From IMG/VR virus record IMGVR_UViG_3300045995_000065, positions 1 through 64,000 of that record: a stretch of 64,000 nucleotides of DNA; one strand, 5' to 3'. A program made the position numbers and the translations under genes. The DNA is from a virus. How positions within the stretch are numbered: the first letter of the stretch is position 1; every line of letters begins with the position of its first letter. The notes beneath the pieces are model-generated. The model made no database searches, was not told the origin of the DNA, and worked only from the letters and a program-made list of their open reading frames with translations. Positions 17,774 to 27,388 of the stretch are shown here, piece by piece.

Positions 17774-18639
17774 ACCTGTACGACTTATTTGAAGGCGCGA
17801 CAGACGTCTTGTATCACTATACCGGTATTCGCCCGGCTCTTAAAGTTTTGCAAAGTGGAATGTTTGAGCTAAGTCGTTCTACAGGTAATAAGTCTGAAGA
17901 GAACTATGCACCAGCAGGTTACGATTACTTCTTCTCCACTACACGCTCCAAGACTGGCGACTACCATCGCATGGTTGGCAATGGTGCAGTTATGTTCGTC
18001 TTAGACGGGCAGTGGTTTGGCCAACGTTACAAAGTAAAGCCTATTGATTATTGGGATCGCTCTTGGTTGCAAACTCACGACCGGACTCGCGAAGCTGAAG
18101 ATAGGGTATTCTCTAAAACACCTGCAATTCCAATTGGCGGAGTCCGTGCTATACATGCATTTATCAATGAGCATAACGAGTGGCGCTCTCCTGAGTTACG
18201 CACTATGCTATTGCAGGCTAAGAAACTTGGGTTGCCCATTTTTATGTATAATAATGAAGAGGCGTGGCGCTTGCAAGATACACGCAAGGCATTGACAGTG
18301 CAACAGATGGCACCATTGCTTAAGGGTGTTATGCCAGTGGCACACCAGTACAGACCAAGTACAGACTACATTAAGCCATGGCTGGAATTGATCCATAAGA
18401 AGAGCAAAGCAGACTTAAGCCCAGAAGGTGAAAAGTTGCGCTATAACTTGGTATACTACGGATCACGTTACGAGAACGAAGATAGCGGATTGGGCAATGC
18501 ATTGGCTAACGAGCGTAAGCCAGGTAACACTGGGTATGACTCTGCAACCAAGCTGATACAAGCGATGCGCCAATCTAAGTTAAACTCACCACTTGCACTG
18601 AAAAATGCGTTGTGCCAGAAGTGGGAAAATATTAAATGA
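17770..18639 (+). CDS. Putative head-internal ART-like protein
   Basis: MNLYDLFE; LYHYT..L..G.F; FFSTTRS; EAEDR (H-S-E pattern). Confidence 0.55.
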   Translation: MNLYDLFEGATDVLYHYTGIRPALKVLQSGMFELSRSTGNKSEENYAPAGYDYFFSTTRSKTGDYHRMVGNGAVMFVLDGQWFGQRYKVKPIDYWDRSWLQTHDRTREAEDRVFSKTPAIPIGGVRAIHAFINEHNEWRSPELRTMLLQAKKLGLPIFMYNNEEAWRLQDTRKALTVQQMAPLLKGVMPVAHQYRPSTDYIKPWLELIHKKSKADLSPEGEKLRYNLVYYGSRYENEDSGLGNALANERKPGNTGYDSATKLIQAMRQSKLNSPLALKNALCQKWENIK

Positions 18640-19379
18640 TCACAATAGAACCCTACTTAGAGTTCTACATCACCAACGTTTGTAACTTAGCTTGTAAGGG
18701 CTGTAATAGATTCAACAATTACAAGTTTAAAGGACATCAAACGTGGGCAGACCACGAGGCAGAGTATGCTAAGTGGTCTAAACGTATAACTGCTCCCTTC
18801 ATTACTATCATTGGGGGCGAGCCTACATTGAATCCCGACTTGGAAAACTTTGCTGCTGGTATACGTAAGCTATGGCCCGATAGCGAGGTGATGATTCAGA
18901 CCAATGGCACGTATCAACGCCCACGGCATATCAAATTTTGGAAGAATTACAAAGTGGGATACGGTGTGTCATTGCATGACCCAGCTACTGCTGATGACAT
19001 TAAGAAAACATGGAAGGACCATGGTGGGACATTTGACGCTTACGACTTTCATCAAGCAGCATTGATAGAGGATGGTGATAAGTTTTTACTTCATGACAGC
19101 GTACCGATTACTGCATTTGAGTTTTGCGATATGAAGCACGATCGCACGATGTTTAACGGAAAGCTATTCAAGTGCCCGTCAATGGCAACGATACCCGAGT
19201 TTAGAAAACAGTTTGATGTTGTGCTGTCACAGGATGATGAGACACTACTAACCTCTTACCAACCACTAAGTGCAGATTGCACTGAAGAAGAATTGCAGAC
19301 ATTTTTTATGGACAGGGATAAACCTATTCTGCAATGTAAGTTTTGCCCGCAAAACTTAGTGTGGGCTAAAGCTCTTTAA
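18636..19379 (+). CDS. Radical SAM protein
   Basis: CNLACKGC, GGEP, TNG, C-terminal CKFC. Confidence 0.9.
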   Translation: MITIEPYLEFYITNVCNLACKGCNRFNNYKFKGHQTWADHEAEYAKWSKRITAPFITIIGGEPTLNPDLENFAAGIRKLWPDSEVMIQTNGTYQRPRHIKFWKNYKVGYGVSLHDPATADDIKKTWKDHGGTFDAYDFHQAALIEDGDKFLLHDSVPITAFEFCDMKHDRTMFNGKLFKCPSMATIPEFRKQFDVVLSQDDETLLTSYQPLSADCTEEELQTFFMDRDKPILQCKFCPQNLVWAKAL

Positions 19380-19542
19380 CAACGTCTGCTAGGTGCGGAT
19401 AAAATTTGCGACCAGCATATCCATTATCGTCACCTAGCTTTGCTGCTAGTTTTTCTTTAATGTCTGCTTGTGCGGCCTCCCAACATTCACGAAGCAATTG
19501 AGAATCACTGTTGTGCTTAGTAGTCCACTGGTCATACGTCAT
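19366..19542 (-). CDS. Small hypothetical protein (58 aa, not in ORF track)
   Basis: MTYDQWTTKH..LLRECWEAAQ..KEL; GAGG RBS. Confidence 0.55.
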   Translation of the reverse strand: MTYDQWTTKHNSDSQLLRECWEAAQADIKEKLAAKLGDDNGYAGRKFYPHLADVVKEL

Positions 19543-19867
19543 GTTTGTCCTCTAGATTCAAATTTGCACGAGATACAATCTCGCTGTAAAAACTATCTAA
19601 CTCACCACCAAAACTTCCACGCATTATATTGTAATACGCAATGATTGAATCCCATTGTGAATTACGCAATGCATTTAAAAACACCTGGTGGTTTGCTTTT
19701 TGTTCTTGTAGCTTGTCTAAGTCCATGAATGCAAGCTTCTCAACAGGTACTACACAGAACGCAGTTAGTGGCACGTCAGACCCAGGCACATCAAAAGTTT
19801 CTAGCTCAACTAGTGTGTACCGTTGGCGTATTTCTTCTACACTCTCGGGATTAAAGACGATTTGCAT
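19532..19867 (-). CDS. Hypothetical protein
   Basis: MQIVF..RYTLVELETF..FGGELDSFY. Confidence 0.7.
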   Translation of the reverse strand: MQIVFNPESVEEIRQRYTLVELETFDVPGSDVPLTAFCVVPVEKLAFMDLDKLQEQKANHQVFLNALRNSQWDSIIAYYNIMRGSFGGELDSFYSEIVSRANLNLEDKHDV

Positions 19868-20393
19868 ACTTGGATAAATCCAACTGCTTGAATAATAGTT
19901 GAACACCCTTGGCTTGCGACTTACAATCCTCTACAGCATTGTGCAGTGTCTTAGATGTCTTGTCGCGTGGGTCTCCCAAAATACTAAACAATGTACGTGA
20001 GTCCATCACTTGCCAGAAGTCCCAGTTACGTGGCAACTCGTACATTTTAAACAATGTCTCAAGGATCGTAATGTCAAAGTGAGGACCTTGGCACCAAATC
20101 TTGTCTACTCCTACTAGGAATTTGTTCAATGCAACCAGTGTGTCGTATACACTGTGGCGGTCATCGGGTGACAAGGCTTCTTCCATAATAGCAGGATCTT
20201 GCTTGCCCCACCATTCCATTGTGTCCTCAGATACTTCACGACCACGCTCAATTTGATCGTCAATGTCCAATCGCATGTACAGTTCTTCGAACGGTTCCTG
20301 CAAAGTGAATGCATTGAATTTAACTGCGCCCAATGTAAGCACTACAGCGTCGTGTCCTGCTGATAGTGTTTCTAAGTCTAACATACAATCCAT
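19851..20393 (-). CDS. DEDDh 3'-5' exonuclease (DexA/Rv2179c-like)
   Basis: MLDLETL, QGPHFD, DSRTL, HNAVED. Confidence 0.88.
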   Translation of the reverse strand: MDCMLDLETLSAGHDAVVLTLGAVKFNAFTLQEPFEELYMRLDIDDQIERGREVSEDTMEWWGKQDPAIMEEALSPDDRHSVYDTLVALNKFLVGVDKIWCQGPHFDITILETLFKMYELPRNWDFWQVMDSRTLFSILGDPRDKTSKTLHNAVEDCKSQAKGVQLLFKQLDLSKYANRL

Positions 20394-20436
20394 TATTTTC
20401 TCCTAAATTAGATAAATAAACATAACGGGATCAATT

Positions 20437-21087
20437 ATGTTCATTAAAAACAAATATTCTAAATGGTATTATAGCATAATAGCTAATGCAACTACAAGAA
20501 ATTTGAGTACTTCTGTAAAAACTGAAAAGCATCATATTTTACCCAAATCCATCGGTGGCAATAATGAGCAATCTAACTTAGTCAAATTGACTTTGCGCGA
20601 ACATTTTATATGTCATAGATTACTGCCTAAAATGACTACTGGTGTAGCAAGAACCAAAATGATGTACGCAATATGGAAAATGTGTCATTCATCTGGTACT
20701 AAGAAACTTGCGTTCAAATTAAATGCTCGCACATATAGCGCAATTAAAGAAATGATGCGATCAGTTAGAAAGTCTGAGGATTTTACTCCAGAATGGCGGG
20801 CGAAATTATCTAAATCAAGACTTGGAAAAGGCACATGGAACAAGGGAATTGGGCGCACAAACGAAGAGAAAGAGAAAATGTCAGCGACACGGAAAGCAAG
20901 ATCTTCAGACCCGACATGGAATTTACGTCCTCCGTGCAGCGAGGAAAAAGCAGCGAAAATACAAAAAGCCAACTTAGGAAAAAAGTGGGCACACCATAAA
21001 GAAAGTCTCCAGCGAAAATATTTGTCACCAAATGACTTTCTTTCCTATATTACAAACGGATGGGAACCTGGTTTAGGAAAATTTTAA
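20437..21087 (+). mobile_element. Free-standing HNH homing endonuclease with NUMOD-type repeats
   Basis: EKHHILPKSIGG.N..NLV.LT.REHFICH; AT-rich; opposite strand with its own TAAATA at 20413. Confidence 0.88.
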
Positions 21088-21404
21088 TCTTCTTCCAAAA
21101 GTTCTTCGAGTTCAGGCTTCGTAACAAACTTACCACCAAGATCAGGGAACCATGTTGTATGGTACTCCTTGCCACCTAGCTTGTAATAGTCTGTCATTGA
21201 GTGCTGGTTGTTTGTTGATTTGAACGGGTCGATCATCTTGAGCAAAAGCATAATGTCTGTGTACTCTTGCCCTTCAATCTTGCGCATAGGAGGACCCATT
21301 ACACTGCGCAAAAACGCTTTGGCCTTAGCCGGGTCATCGCGCATTTCTTTACGGTGTCTCGCGAGACCTTCTTTGAGTAGAGTTAACTCGCTCTTTTTAG
21401 ACAT
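21084..21404 (-). CDS. Hypothetical protein
   Basis: ORF coupled to clpS. Confidence 0.55.
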   Translation of the reverse strand: MSKKSELTLLKEGLARHRKEMRDDPAKAKAFLRSVMGPPMRKIEGQEYTDIMLLLKMIDPFKSTNNQHSMTDYYKLGGKEYHTTWFPDLGGKFVTKPELEELLEED

Positions 21405-21714
21405 CAGCTTCAAGCTTGATAGCGAGAGGGAAACCGTTGTTACGTGCAAGCAATGTTACTTCCACGCCTTTTTGTTCTGCCAATTCGTATGGCAATGTTG
21501 CGGCAACTGCGGCGCCGTCTTCATGCACCTTTGTCATAATGTGCTCTGCCGTAACATCATCGTGGCCAAATACTGCCTTCAATGTTTCAATAACGAACTC
21601 CATTGTGGTCACATTGTCATTGACATAAATGACATTGAACAATGGTGGCGGTTGCACATCAGTGCGAGGTTGAATACGAACTTGATTTTGGATTTTGGTT
21701 GATGTAGAGGACAT
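21397..21714 (-). CDS. clpS: ClpS N-degron adaptor
   Basis: VIYVNDNVTTMEFVIETL, VHEDG, ELAEQK, FPL. Confidence 0.93.
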   Translation of the reverse strand: MSSTSTKIQNQVRIQPRTDVQPPPLFNVIYVNDNVTTMEFVIETLKAVFGHDDVTAEHIMTKVHEDGAAVAATLPYELAEQKGVEVTLLARNNGFPLAIKLEADV

Positions 21715-21728
21715 ATTTGAATCTTAAA

Positions 21729-21786
21729 TGGGGAGGAAAAGTCCCTCCCCTTGTTGCATTATAGCGTTTTACTTGTTAAAAGTCAA
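21729..21786 (-). terminator. Hsp20 terminator hairpin overlapping a sigma70 promoter for clpS
   Basis: GGGGAGGGACTTTTCCTCCCC-ATTT; TTGACT-17-TATAAT at the 3' end of Hsp20. Confidence 0.6.
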
Positions 21787-22218
21787 CGCGATTTTGCGTG
21801 GCTTCTTCTCTTCTGGTACTACGAGTTCCAGAGCAATAGCCAAAATGCCATTTGTGACATTAGCGCCACGAATTTCTACGTGTTCCGAAAGATTGAACAC
21901 ACGTTCGAAATTACGAGTGGAAATGCCTTTGTGAGCATAAGTAAGTTTTTCCTTATCCTCTGTGGCCTTTTTGCCGCTTACGTGCAAAGTGCCGTCCTTC
22001 AATTCTACGTCGAGTTCGTGCTCACCAAAACCAGCGACTGCAACTTCAATAACTGTGTTCGTCTCATCGATGTTTACAATGTTGTATGGTGGGTAGTTCT
22101 CGTTCGACTTGGCGGAATTGGCGAATGTACGATTTAGCTCATTGAACATTCGGTCAAAGCCGATAGCTGTACGATGAATTTCAGGTAGGTTAAGGGTGTG
22201 AATAGAAAAGTTTGTCAT
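21769..22218 (-). CDS. Small heat-shock protein (Hsp20, IbpA-like)
   Basis: AIGFDRMF, YPPYNI, AVAGF, HKGISTRNFERVF, NGIL. Confidence 0.95.
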   Translation of the reverse strand: MTNFSIHTLNLPEIHRTAIGFDRMFNELNRTFANSAKSNENYPPYNIVNIDETNTVIEVAVAGFGEHELDVELKDGTLHVSGKKATEDKEKLTYAHKGISTRNFERVFNLSEHVEIRGANVTNGILAIALELVVPEEKKPRKIALTFNK

Positions 22219-22223
22219 GTTGT

Positions 22224-22287
22224 TCTCCTGTTAAGCAAGTATGACTTTAAATGCAGCCCGATTATTCGGCACTGCACAAATATTTAT
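22224..22287 (-). promoter_or_regulatory. Late promoter, bulged-G leader hairpin and ROSE-like RNA thermometer
   Basis: ATAAATA-TTTGTGCAGTGCCGA-ATAA-TCGGGCTGCA..CTTGCT-TAAC-AGGAG. Confidence 0.75.
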
Positions 22288-22543
22288 TTTACACTCTTTT
22301 GCATTATATGCAACTATTATGGCTATTTTACTACTGTAAACTTTTCAGTAAGTTTTGGTGGGTTCATAATGAAGAACGACAAATCTACAGGATTCGAAAA
22401 ATGGTAATTAAGCTCGTAACCAGCAAGGTCAACTTCAAATTTGATTTCGTAATACGTTAGCCATGTAAGCATTTCACTTAGTACCATCATGCGCTTTGCC
22501 TTCCGCATTGACCCGTTTGGAATAATGAATTGAATATAGTCCA

Positions 22544-23734
22544 TCAATGTGCATCGCGTACAGTTTGTTCCGTGATCTCTAAGGCAGCGATTCCTTGCGC
22601 TTTCATCTCAGTTAAAGCGTACATATAGGGCATTAACGTGCGTTCCAGGATGCTTTTCAGCCCTCTTGCGCCCGTGCCCTGCTCGTGTGCTAACTCTGCA
22701 CAAGCTTGTATTGCACCGTCTGTGAATTTTAATTCTACGTCGTCAGACTCAAAGTAGAACTTCATCTGTGCGAGTAAGTTGTTGCTTGGTTCCTTAAGAA
22801 CACGAACAAAGTCTTCTACTGTTAGCGCATCAATTGGTACTGCAATAGGGAAACGACCAGTGAACTCTGGGATCATACCAAACTTGATAAAGTCATCAGG
22901 AATGAATGCAGCCGTGTTTACTTTGGTCGCAGTGTTACCAAATCCAATAGCAGAACCTTTTTGTCTACGTTCCACGATCTTGTCAAGGTCAGAAAATGCG
23001 CCGCCCGCAATGAATAAGATCTTGCTTGTGTCAATCTCAACCTGATCCATGGCAGGATGCTTCTTACTGCCGCCCACGCTTACTTTGCATATAGTGCCTT
23101 CTACCAATTTTAGTAATGCTTGCTGGACACCTTCGCCAGACACATCACGGGAGATACTTGCGCTCTCAGACTTCCTGCCAATCTTATCAACTTCGTCTAA
23201 GAAGACGATTCCGTGTTGGCATCGTTCTACATCATTATCTGCTGCACTTAGTAGGCTGCTAACGACACTTTCAACATCGTCGCCCACATACCCTGCTTCA
23301 GTTAGTGTAGTCGCATCTGCTACGACGAAAGGAACATTGAGGTAACGTGCGATTGTCTTAGCAAGCAATGTTTTGCCTGAACCTGTTGGCCCAAAGATAA
23401 GGATGTTAGACTTCTCTAACTCAACAGGGGACTCGAAGTAAATGCGCTTATAGTGATTCACCACGCCCACAGCGATAGCAATCTTTGCTGCATCCTGTCC
23501 GATAACGTACTGGTCAAGATAGGCTTTGATCTTCATCGGATCTAAAGCCTTCGTGATCTTTTTATCTTTGCGTAGAGCATCGTTGTGCTCTTTGTTTAGT
23601 ATGCTTGCACATAGTTCAATGCACTCGTTACAAATTCCCGCATCATTTGCGACAATAAGTTTGTCAACGTCTGAGCGGGACTTCCCGCAGAAGTTACAGT
23701 GAACTAATGGTGTCAGTGACAGATTTGAGTTCAT
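22544..23734 (-). CDS. clpX: ClpX AAA+ unfoldase
   Basis: C4 zinc finger CNFC..CNEC, GPTGSGKT, TEAGYVG, DEVDK, RDVSGEGVQQ, IGF loop, GARGL. Confidence 0.97.
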   Translation of the reverse strand: MNSNLSLTPLVHCNFCGKSRSDVDKLIVANDAGICNECIELCASILNKEHNDALRKDKKITKALDPMKIKAYLDQYVIGQDAAKIAIAVGVVNHYKRIYFESPVELEKSNILIFGPTGSGKTLLAKTIARYLNVPFVVADATTLTEAGYVGDDVESVVSSLLSAADNDVERCQHGIVFLDEVDKIGRKSESASISRDVSGEGVQQALLKLVEGTICKVSVGGSKKHPAMDQVEIDTSKILFIAGGAFSDLDKIVERRQKGSAIGFGNTATKVNTAAFIPDDFIKFGMIPEFTGRFPIAVPIDALTVEDFVRVLKEPSNNLLAQMKFYFESDDVELKFTDGAIQACAELAHEQGTGARGLKSILERTLMPYMYALTEMKAQGIAALEITEQTVRDAH

Positions 23735-24086
23735 TTGCGCGATTTACGAAGTAGTCCAACACTGTTTGATGTTTGCGCTCGTTACCTAAATCTCTTGGGC
23801 CATAGTGGTATGCAATTTTACTTGTTGCATAAAATTCTTTAATACCACTAATGCCGTTAGTAACAGTGTTTATGATGATTGCATCTGCTTTGTCAACAGC
23901 TTCTTCAAGCCATGGCAAGTTATTAAGGTCTTCTTTGTATAAGTATACGTTAAAGGACTCGTTGTGGCTGCCGCACAAAAACGCCAGCGTTTCGACATCG
24001 ACTGGATCTACGTCAATTAGTAAAATTGTATGATTAGGTTCGTCAACGAAGTCCGGAGGTGTAATAAAGTTTGTAGTGTTACTCAT
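23694..24086 (-). CDS. Hypothetical protein
   Basis: 130 aa ORF overlapping neighbours in operon. Confidence 0.7.
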   Translation of the reverse strand: MSNTTNFITPPDFVDEPNHTILLIDVDPVDVETLAFLCGSHNESFNVYLYKEDLNNLPWLEEAVDKADAIIINTVTNGISGIKEFYATSKIAYHYGPRDLGNERKHQTVLDYFVNRANELKSVTDTISSL

Positions 24087-25962
24087 TTTTGTTTAGGTAT
24101 TCTGCTATTTGATCTTGTTCAGGTTGGGTTAAATCATCCAACGAATATTCGCCGGATTCAATCTTCTCTATTAAGTATTTAACATATTCTTCATTGTACG
24201 TATAAGAATCCGATGCAGTTTTTTCTACGTGCATCCAAGTATTTCCGTTAAACTTAAACAGTCTTGTTGGTAAGTAATCAACTCGTAAATACATATCACC
24301 CTTGTTTGCAATGGCAGGGAATGTTGTCCCAAAATCTGCAGAAACTTGGGCATTACCTTCTAAGTTGTCTGCCTCAATAGGAGCAGGGACCCACTCTTGT
24401 CTAGACGTTTTAATACGTGTATTTGGGTCAACATGATCAACTGTGACTTGTACTAACTCAGGCGGTGCATCAATGTGCTCTACTGCAACTTGAACTATTT
24501 CTGGTAATGCTTCGTCAGTAATGTTCAATATGTCAGGAATTGGTGGAATAGGCTCTAAGCTGCCCATTGCAGTAATAATATCCTCTTCGGGGTCAACTTC
24601 TAATGTGGGAATCTCGTCCGGTAATTCAAAATGCTCGCTGTCAACAAAGTCTATTAACTCGTTGCGTTGTAACGCAGCAGGCATTGTATCCAAATTTGGC
24701 AGCGGCTCGTTGTACATATCTTCAGATACACGCTCTGCAATAATCTCGTCTGCCAATGCAATCATCTCTGGTGTAAACTCATCAGGGGTCGGTTCGTTGT
24801 TATAATTGCGAATACCCTCGTCAATTTTTGCAGATAACTCGTCAACCTTTTCCATTACCGCCAATTCAGCTTGTGTCAATTCTGGTACATCCAATAATGA
24901 TTCCTCAATCGCCGGAGGCGTATCACTAAATGCATGGCGGCTGTCATCCCACTCAGATGACATTTCAAATACTTCTTCTACTGCGTCATCTTCCTCTTCG
25001 CCAGGAATTGGGTCGGGATCTGTGTATGTCGTTGTAGTTGTCCAGTGAATTGGTCCTGGTGTTCCGTGAATATATGGATCGTAAGGCTCAAGGGGCCCGA
25101 CGCTTGGTATAAATGCAGGGACAGGAGGAACTCGTTCGTCTGGAACTTCAGGTAACCCATGCTCTGCAACAACCTCGGGCTCATCGTGCACATAGCCGCC
25201 CTTACCATGCCTTGCCCATTCAAACTGCAATGATGCAGCAAGGATTAAGCACAACGCAAGTGGATCAAACACCATAACGATAAGAACAATAACCCAGCGC
25301 ACCGCTCGCTCAAGCAAGTTGGAATCAGGATTATCCCCGTATATCAAGGCAGCAATGTACTTGATAGGTCCAACTTCAGCTTCAATCTTGCGGGACTGTG
25401 CTGCAAGCGGCGCCCTTTGCTCTTGCAGTTTAGCTATCTCAGTTTGAGCCTTGCCAATCTCGTCCTGTAACCCTGCTCGTTCCTTTTGCTGCCTTTTACG
25501 CAATTGAGACGCAATTTGCACACTTCCCACATCAGTGCTTCGAGTGATGGTTTGATCCACCGTTGCATCCATTTGCTTAAGAGCTAACCGTGCAGAGGCA
25601 ATGTTGTCTTTTTGTGTGGCGATCTTCTCGTCAAACAGTGATACCTGCGCAGTGGAGTCACCTGTTAGTGATGCTTGTTCTAAGTGGGCCTTGGACAAGT
25701 ATCCAAAAATACCCATAGAGGTCAGGAACATTAAGAAGATGATAGCGGGCACGAGATACGTTTTAAACGTCCAGGGTATACGCTTCCAATTATTATGCAA
25801 CCACACTGTGGCAACCACTTTGCCTAAACCAAGTGATGCGCCCATAACGATAACTGGCACCACAGCCGCAGCGAAAATGGCTGTCAATCCCATAATGGAA
25901 TAGTATTCAGCTGTTAAAGAAAGAATGAGGGCCGTAGCCAGAATGATGATTCCGTATAGCAT
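24079..25962 (-). CDS. Multi-TM membrane protein with coiled coil and long acidic region
   Basis: Three N-terminal TM, GIFGYLSKAH, coiled coil, EVGPIKY, VFDPLA TM, acidic Pro-rich linker; late promoter 6 nt upstream. Confidence 0.8.
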   Translation of the reverse strand: MLYGIIILATALILSLTAEYYSIMGLTAIFAAAVVPVIVMGASLGLGKVVATVWLHNNWKRIPWTFKTYLVPAIIFLMFLTSMGIFGYLSKAHLEQASLTGDSTAQVSLFDEKIATQKDNIASARLALKQMDATVDQTITRSTDVGSVQIASQLRKRQQKERAGLQDEIGKAQTEIAKLQEQRAPLAAQSRKIEAEVGPIKYIAALIYGDNPDSNLLERAVRWVIVLIVMVFDPLALCLILAASLQFEWARHGKGGYVHDEPEVVAEHGLPEVPDERVPPVPAFIPSVGPLEPYDPYIHGTPGPIHWTTTTTYTDPDPIPGEEEDDAVEEVFEMSSEWDDSRHAFSDTPPAIEESLLDVPELTQAELAVMEKVDELSAKIDEGIRNYNNEPTPDEFTPEMIALADEIIAERVSEDMYNEPLPNLDTMPAALQRNELIDFVDSEHFELPDEIPTLEVDPEEDIITAMGSLEPIPPIPDILNITDEALPEIVQVAVEHIDAPPELVQVTVDHVDPNTRIKTSRQEWVPAPIEADNLEGNAQVSADFGTTFPAIANKGDMYLRVDYLPTRLFKFNGNTWMHVEKTASDSYTYNEEYVKYLIEKIESGEYSLDDLTQPEQDQIAEYLNKNE

Positions 25963-26029
25963 AGTATGTATTTAGCGATGTTTGTACCGCTACTTTACAC
26001 TAATGTATTAGGAAATGCAAGCTTAACGG

Positions 26030-26215
26030 TTATTTCCAGGGACGACCTGGGTTTAATGGAGTAGGACGGGGAGGATCTACCTGCGGATTGTCAATAGTGT
26101 GCAGTGCACGATAACCCACGGTTCCGGTTGCTGCTCGTTTTGCTTGAGCAGCGGCAAGTTTAGCGGCTACACGAGCCGCTTTTGTTGGTAATGTAGAGAT
26201 GCCGTTTTGCGCCAT
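26030..26215 (-). CDS. Small basic late protein
   Basis: MAQNGISTL..GRPWK; TAAATA 4 nt before ATG. Confidence 0.7.
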   Translation of the reverse strand: MAQNGISTLPTKAARVAAKLAAAQAKRAATGTVGYRALHTIDNPQVDPPRPTPLNPGRPWK

Positions 26216-26227
26216 CAAGTATTTAGC

Positions 26228-27255
26228 TTAATGGATCAAATCGTCGTCACTAATGTCATTCAGTTCAAGGTTTGCTTCTTCAACCAAACGCAAAATTGCT
26301 TTTCCTAAATCGGCAAACTTGTCTCCGCTTGAAGCCCAATGTTCGGCCAAAATTTGATAGTCACGCAGCACTTGTTCCTGATCTTCGTCGGACAAGTCCT
26401 CTACATTCACTAACCCTGCGTGGATCTGCTGGATTAGTGGAATGTCTTTTTGCTTGTGTTTCTTCTTACCCATTACAGTGCCATAATACGCTTTAGGACC
26501 TTACGTGCATCCTTGAGCCCGGTGCCCATCAACATCTCGTCAGCAGCTTCCGCTTGGAAGTCATTGAAGTCCTTCATGAATGCATCCAACGCACCACCCA
26601 CAAATTCGACCTTGTATGTGGCATTTTGCGCTTGGCAAAAACGTGCAAGTTCTTCTGGGGTCATTTTATCGTGGCTCATATAATTCTCACTTTCTGTGGA
26701 TTAGCTCTATCGCTAAAATATTTAGTGCCTTTTTCACGGATTAAATCTACCATGTATTGTGCAGCACCTTCGTCGAACATCTCCCTGATTTCCTCTTCAG
26801 TAATGCCGGCCGGCATACCAATGGAGTATACTTCGTAATGCCGCTGTGGGTTAGCTCGCGCACGAAGCAAAATGCTGTGCATCAAACTGTTCAACTCATC
26901 ACCAGCAGTTACCCCTTTCTTCACATTCTCTGGATCAGGAGCAGAAAGTGTATCCCACATTGCCTGCTTATCTTGATCCAGTTGACGAGATTGGTACTCG
27001 TCAATGTTGATTACAGCCTCGATGCCATCAGAGCACCAAGACAGTAGCCAAGTGGAATGCTTACTCTTGCGCATGTTGCAGCACAGCCTTGTACTCGTGT
27101 TTCACTGGAGCATTGTCGGAGTGCAGCAAAAACTTCGAGCCCATTGCAGCTTTAACTTCTGCAAGGCGTGCCTCATTACGTGCACGGAGGTCAGCGTTCT
27201 TAGCGTCGACTTCGCGCAGTGCAAATATTTCGTCTGATGTTAGTTCAGGGCGCAT
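26228..27255 (-). CDS. Four short hypothetical genes (26228-26473, 26473-26679, 26676-27074, 27061-27255)
   Basis: Contiguous overlapping start/stop chain. Confidence 0.65.
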
Positions 27256-27256
27256 T

Positions 27257-27388
27257 TTATTGTCCAGTCTTAGATTGAATCCATGTACCAGCAGCGGTCA
27301 GGTCCTTGCCTGCACCAGCTACGGCGCCACCAACTGTGCCACATGCTGCGAGCATGGACACAAGAATGAGTGTTACGATTGTTTTCAT
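27257..27388 (-). CDS. Entericidin EcnA/B-like lipoprotein (43 aa, not in ORF track)
   Basis: MKTIVTLILVSMLAACGTVGGAVAGAGKDLTAAGTWIQ; AAGGAG RBS. Confidence 0.7.
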   Translation of the reverse strand: MKTIVTLILVSMLAACGTVGGAVAGAGKDLTAAGTWIQSKTGQ

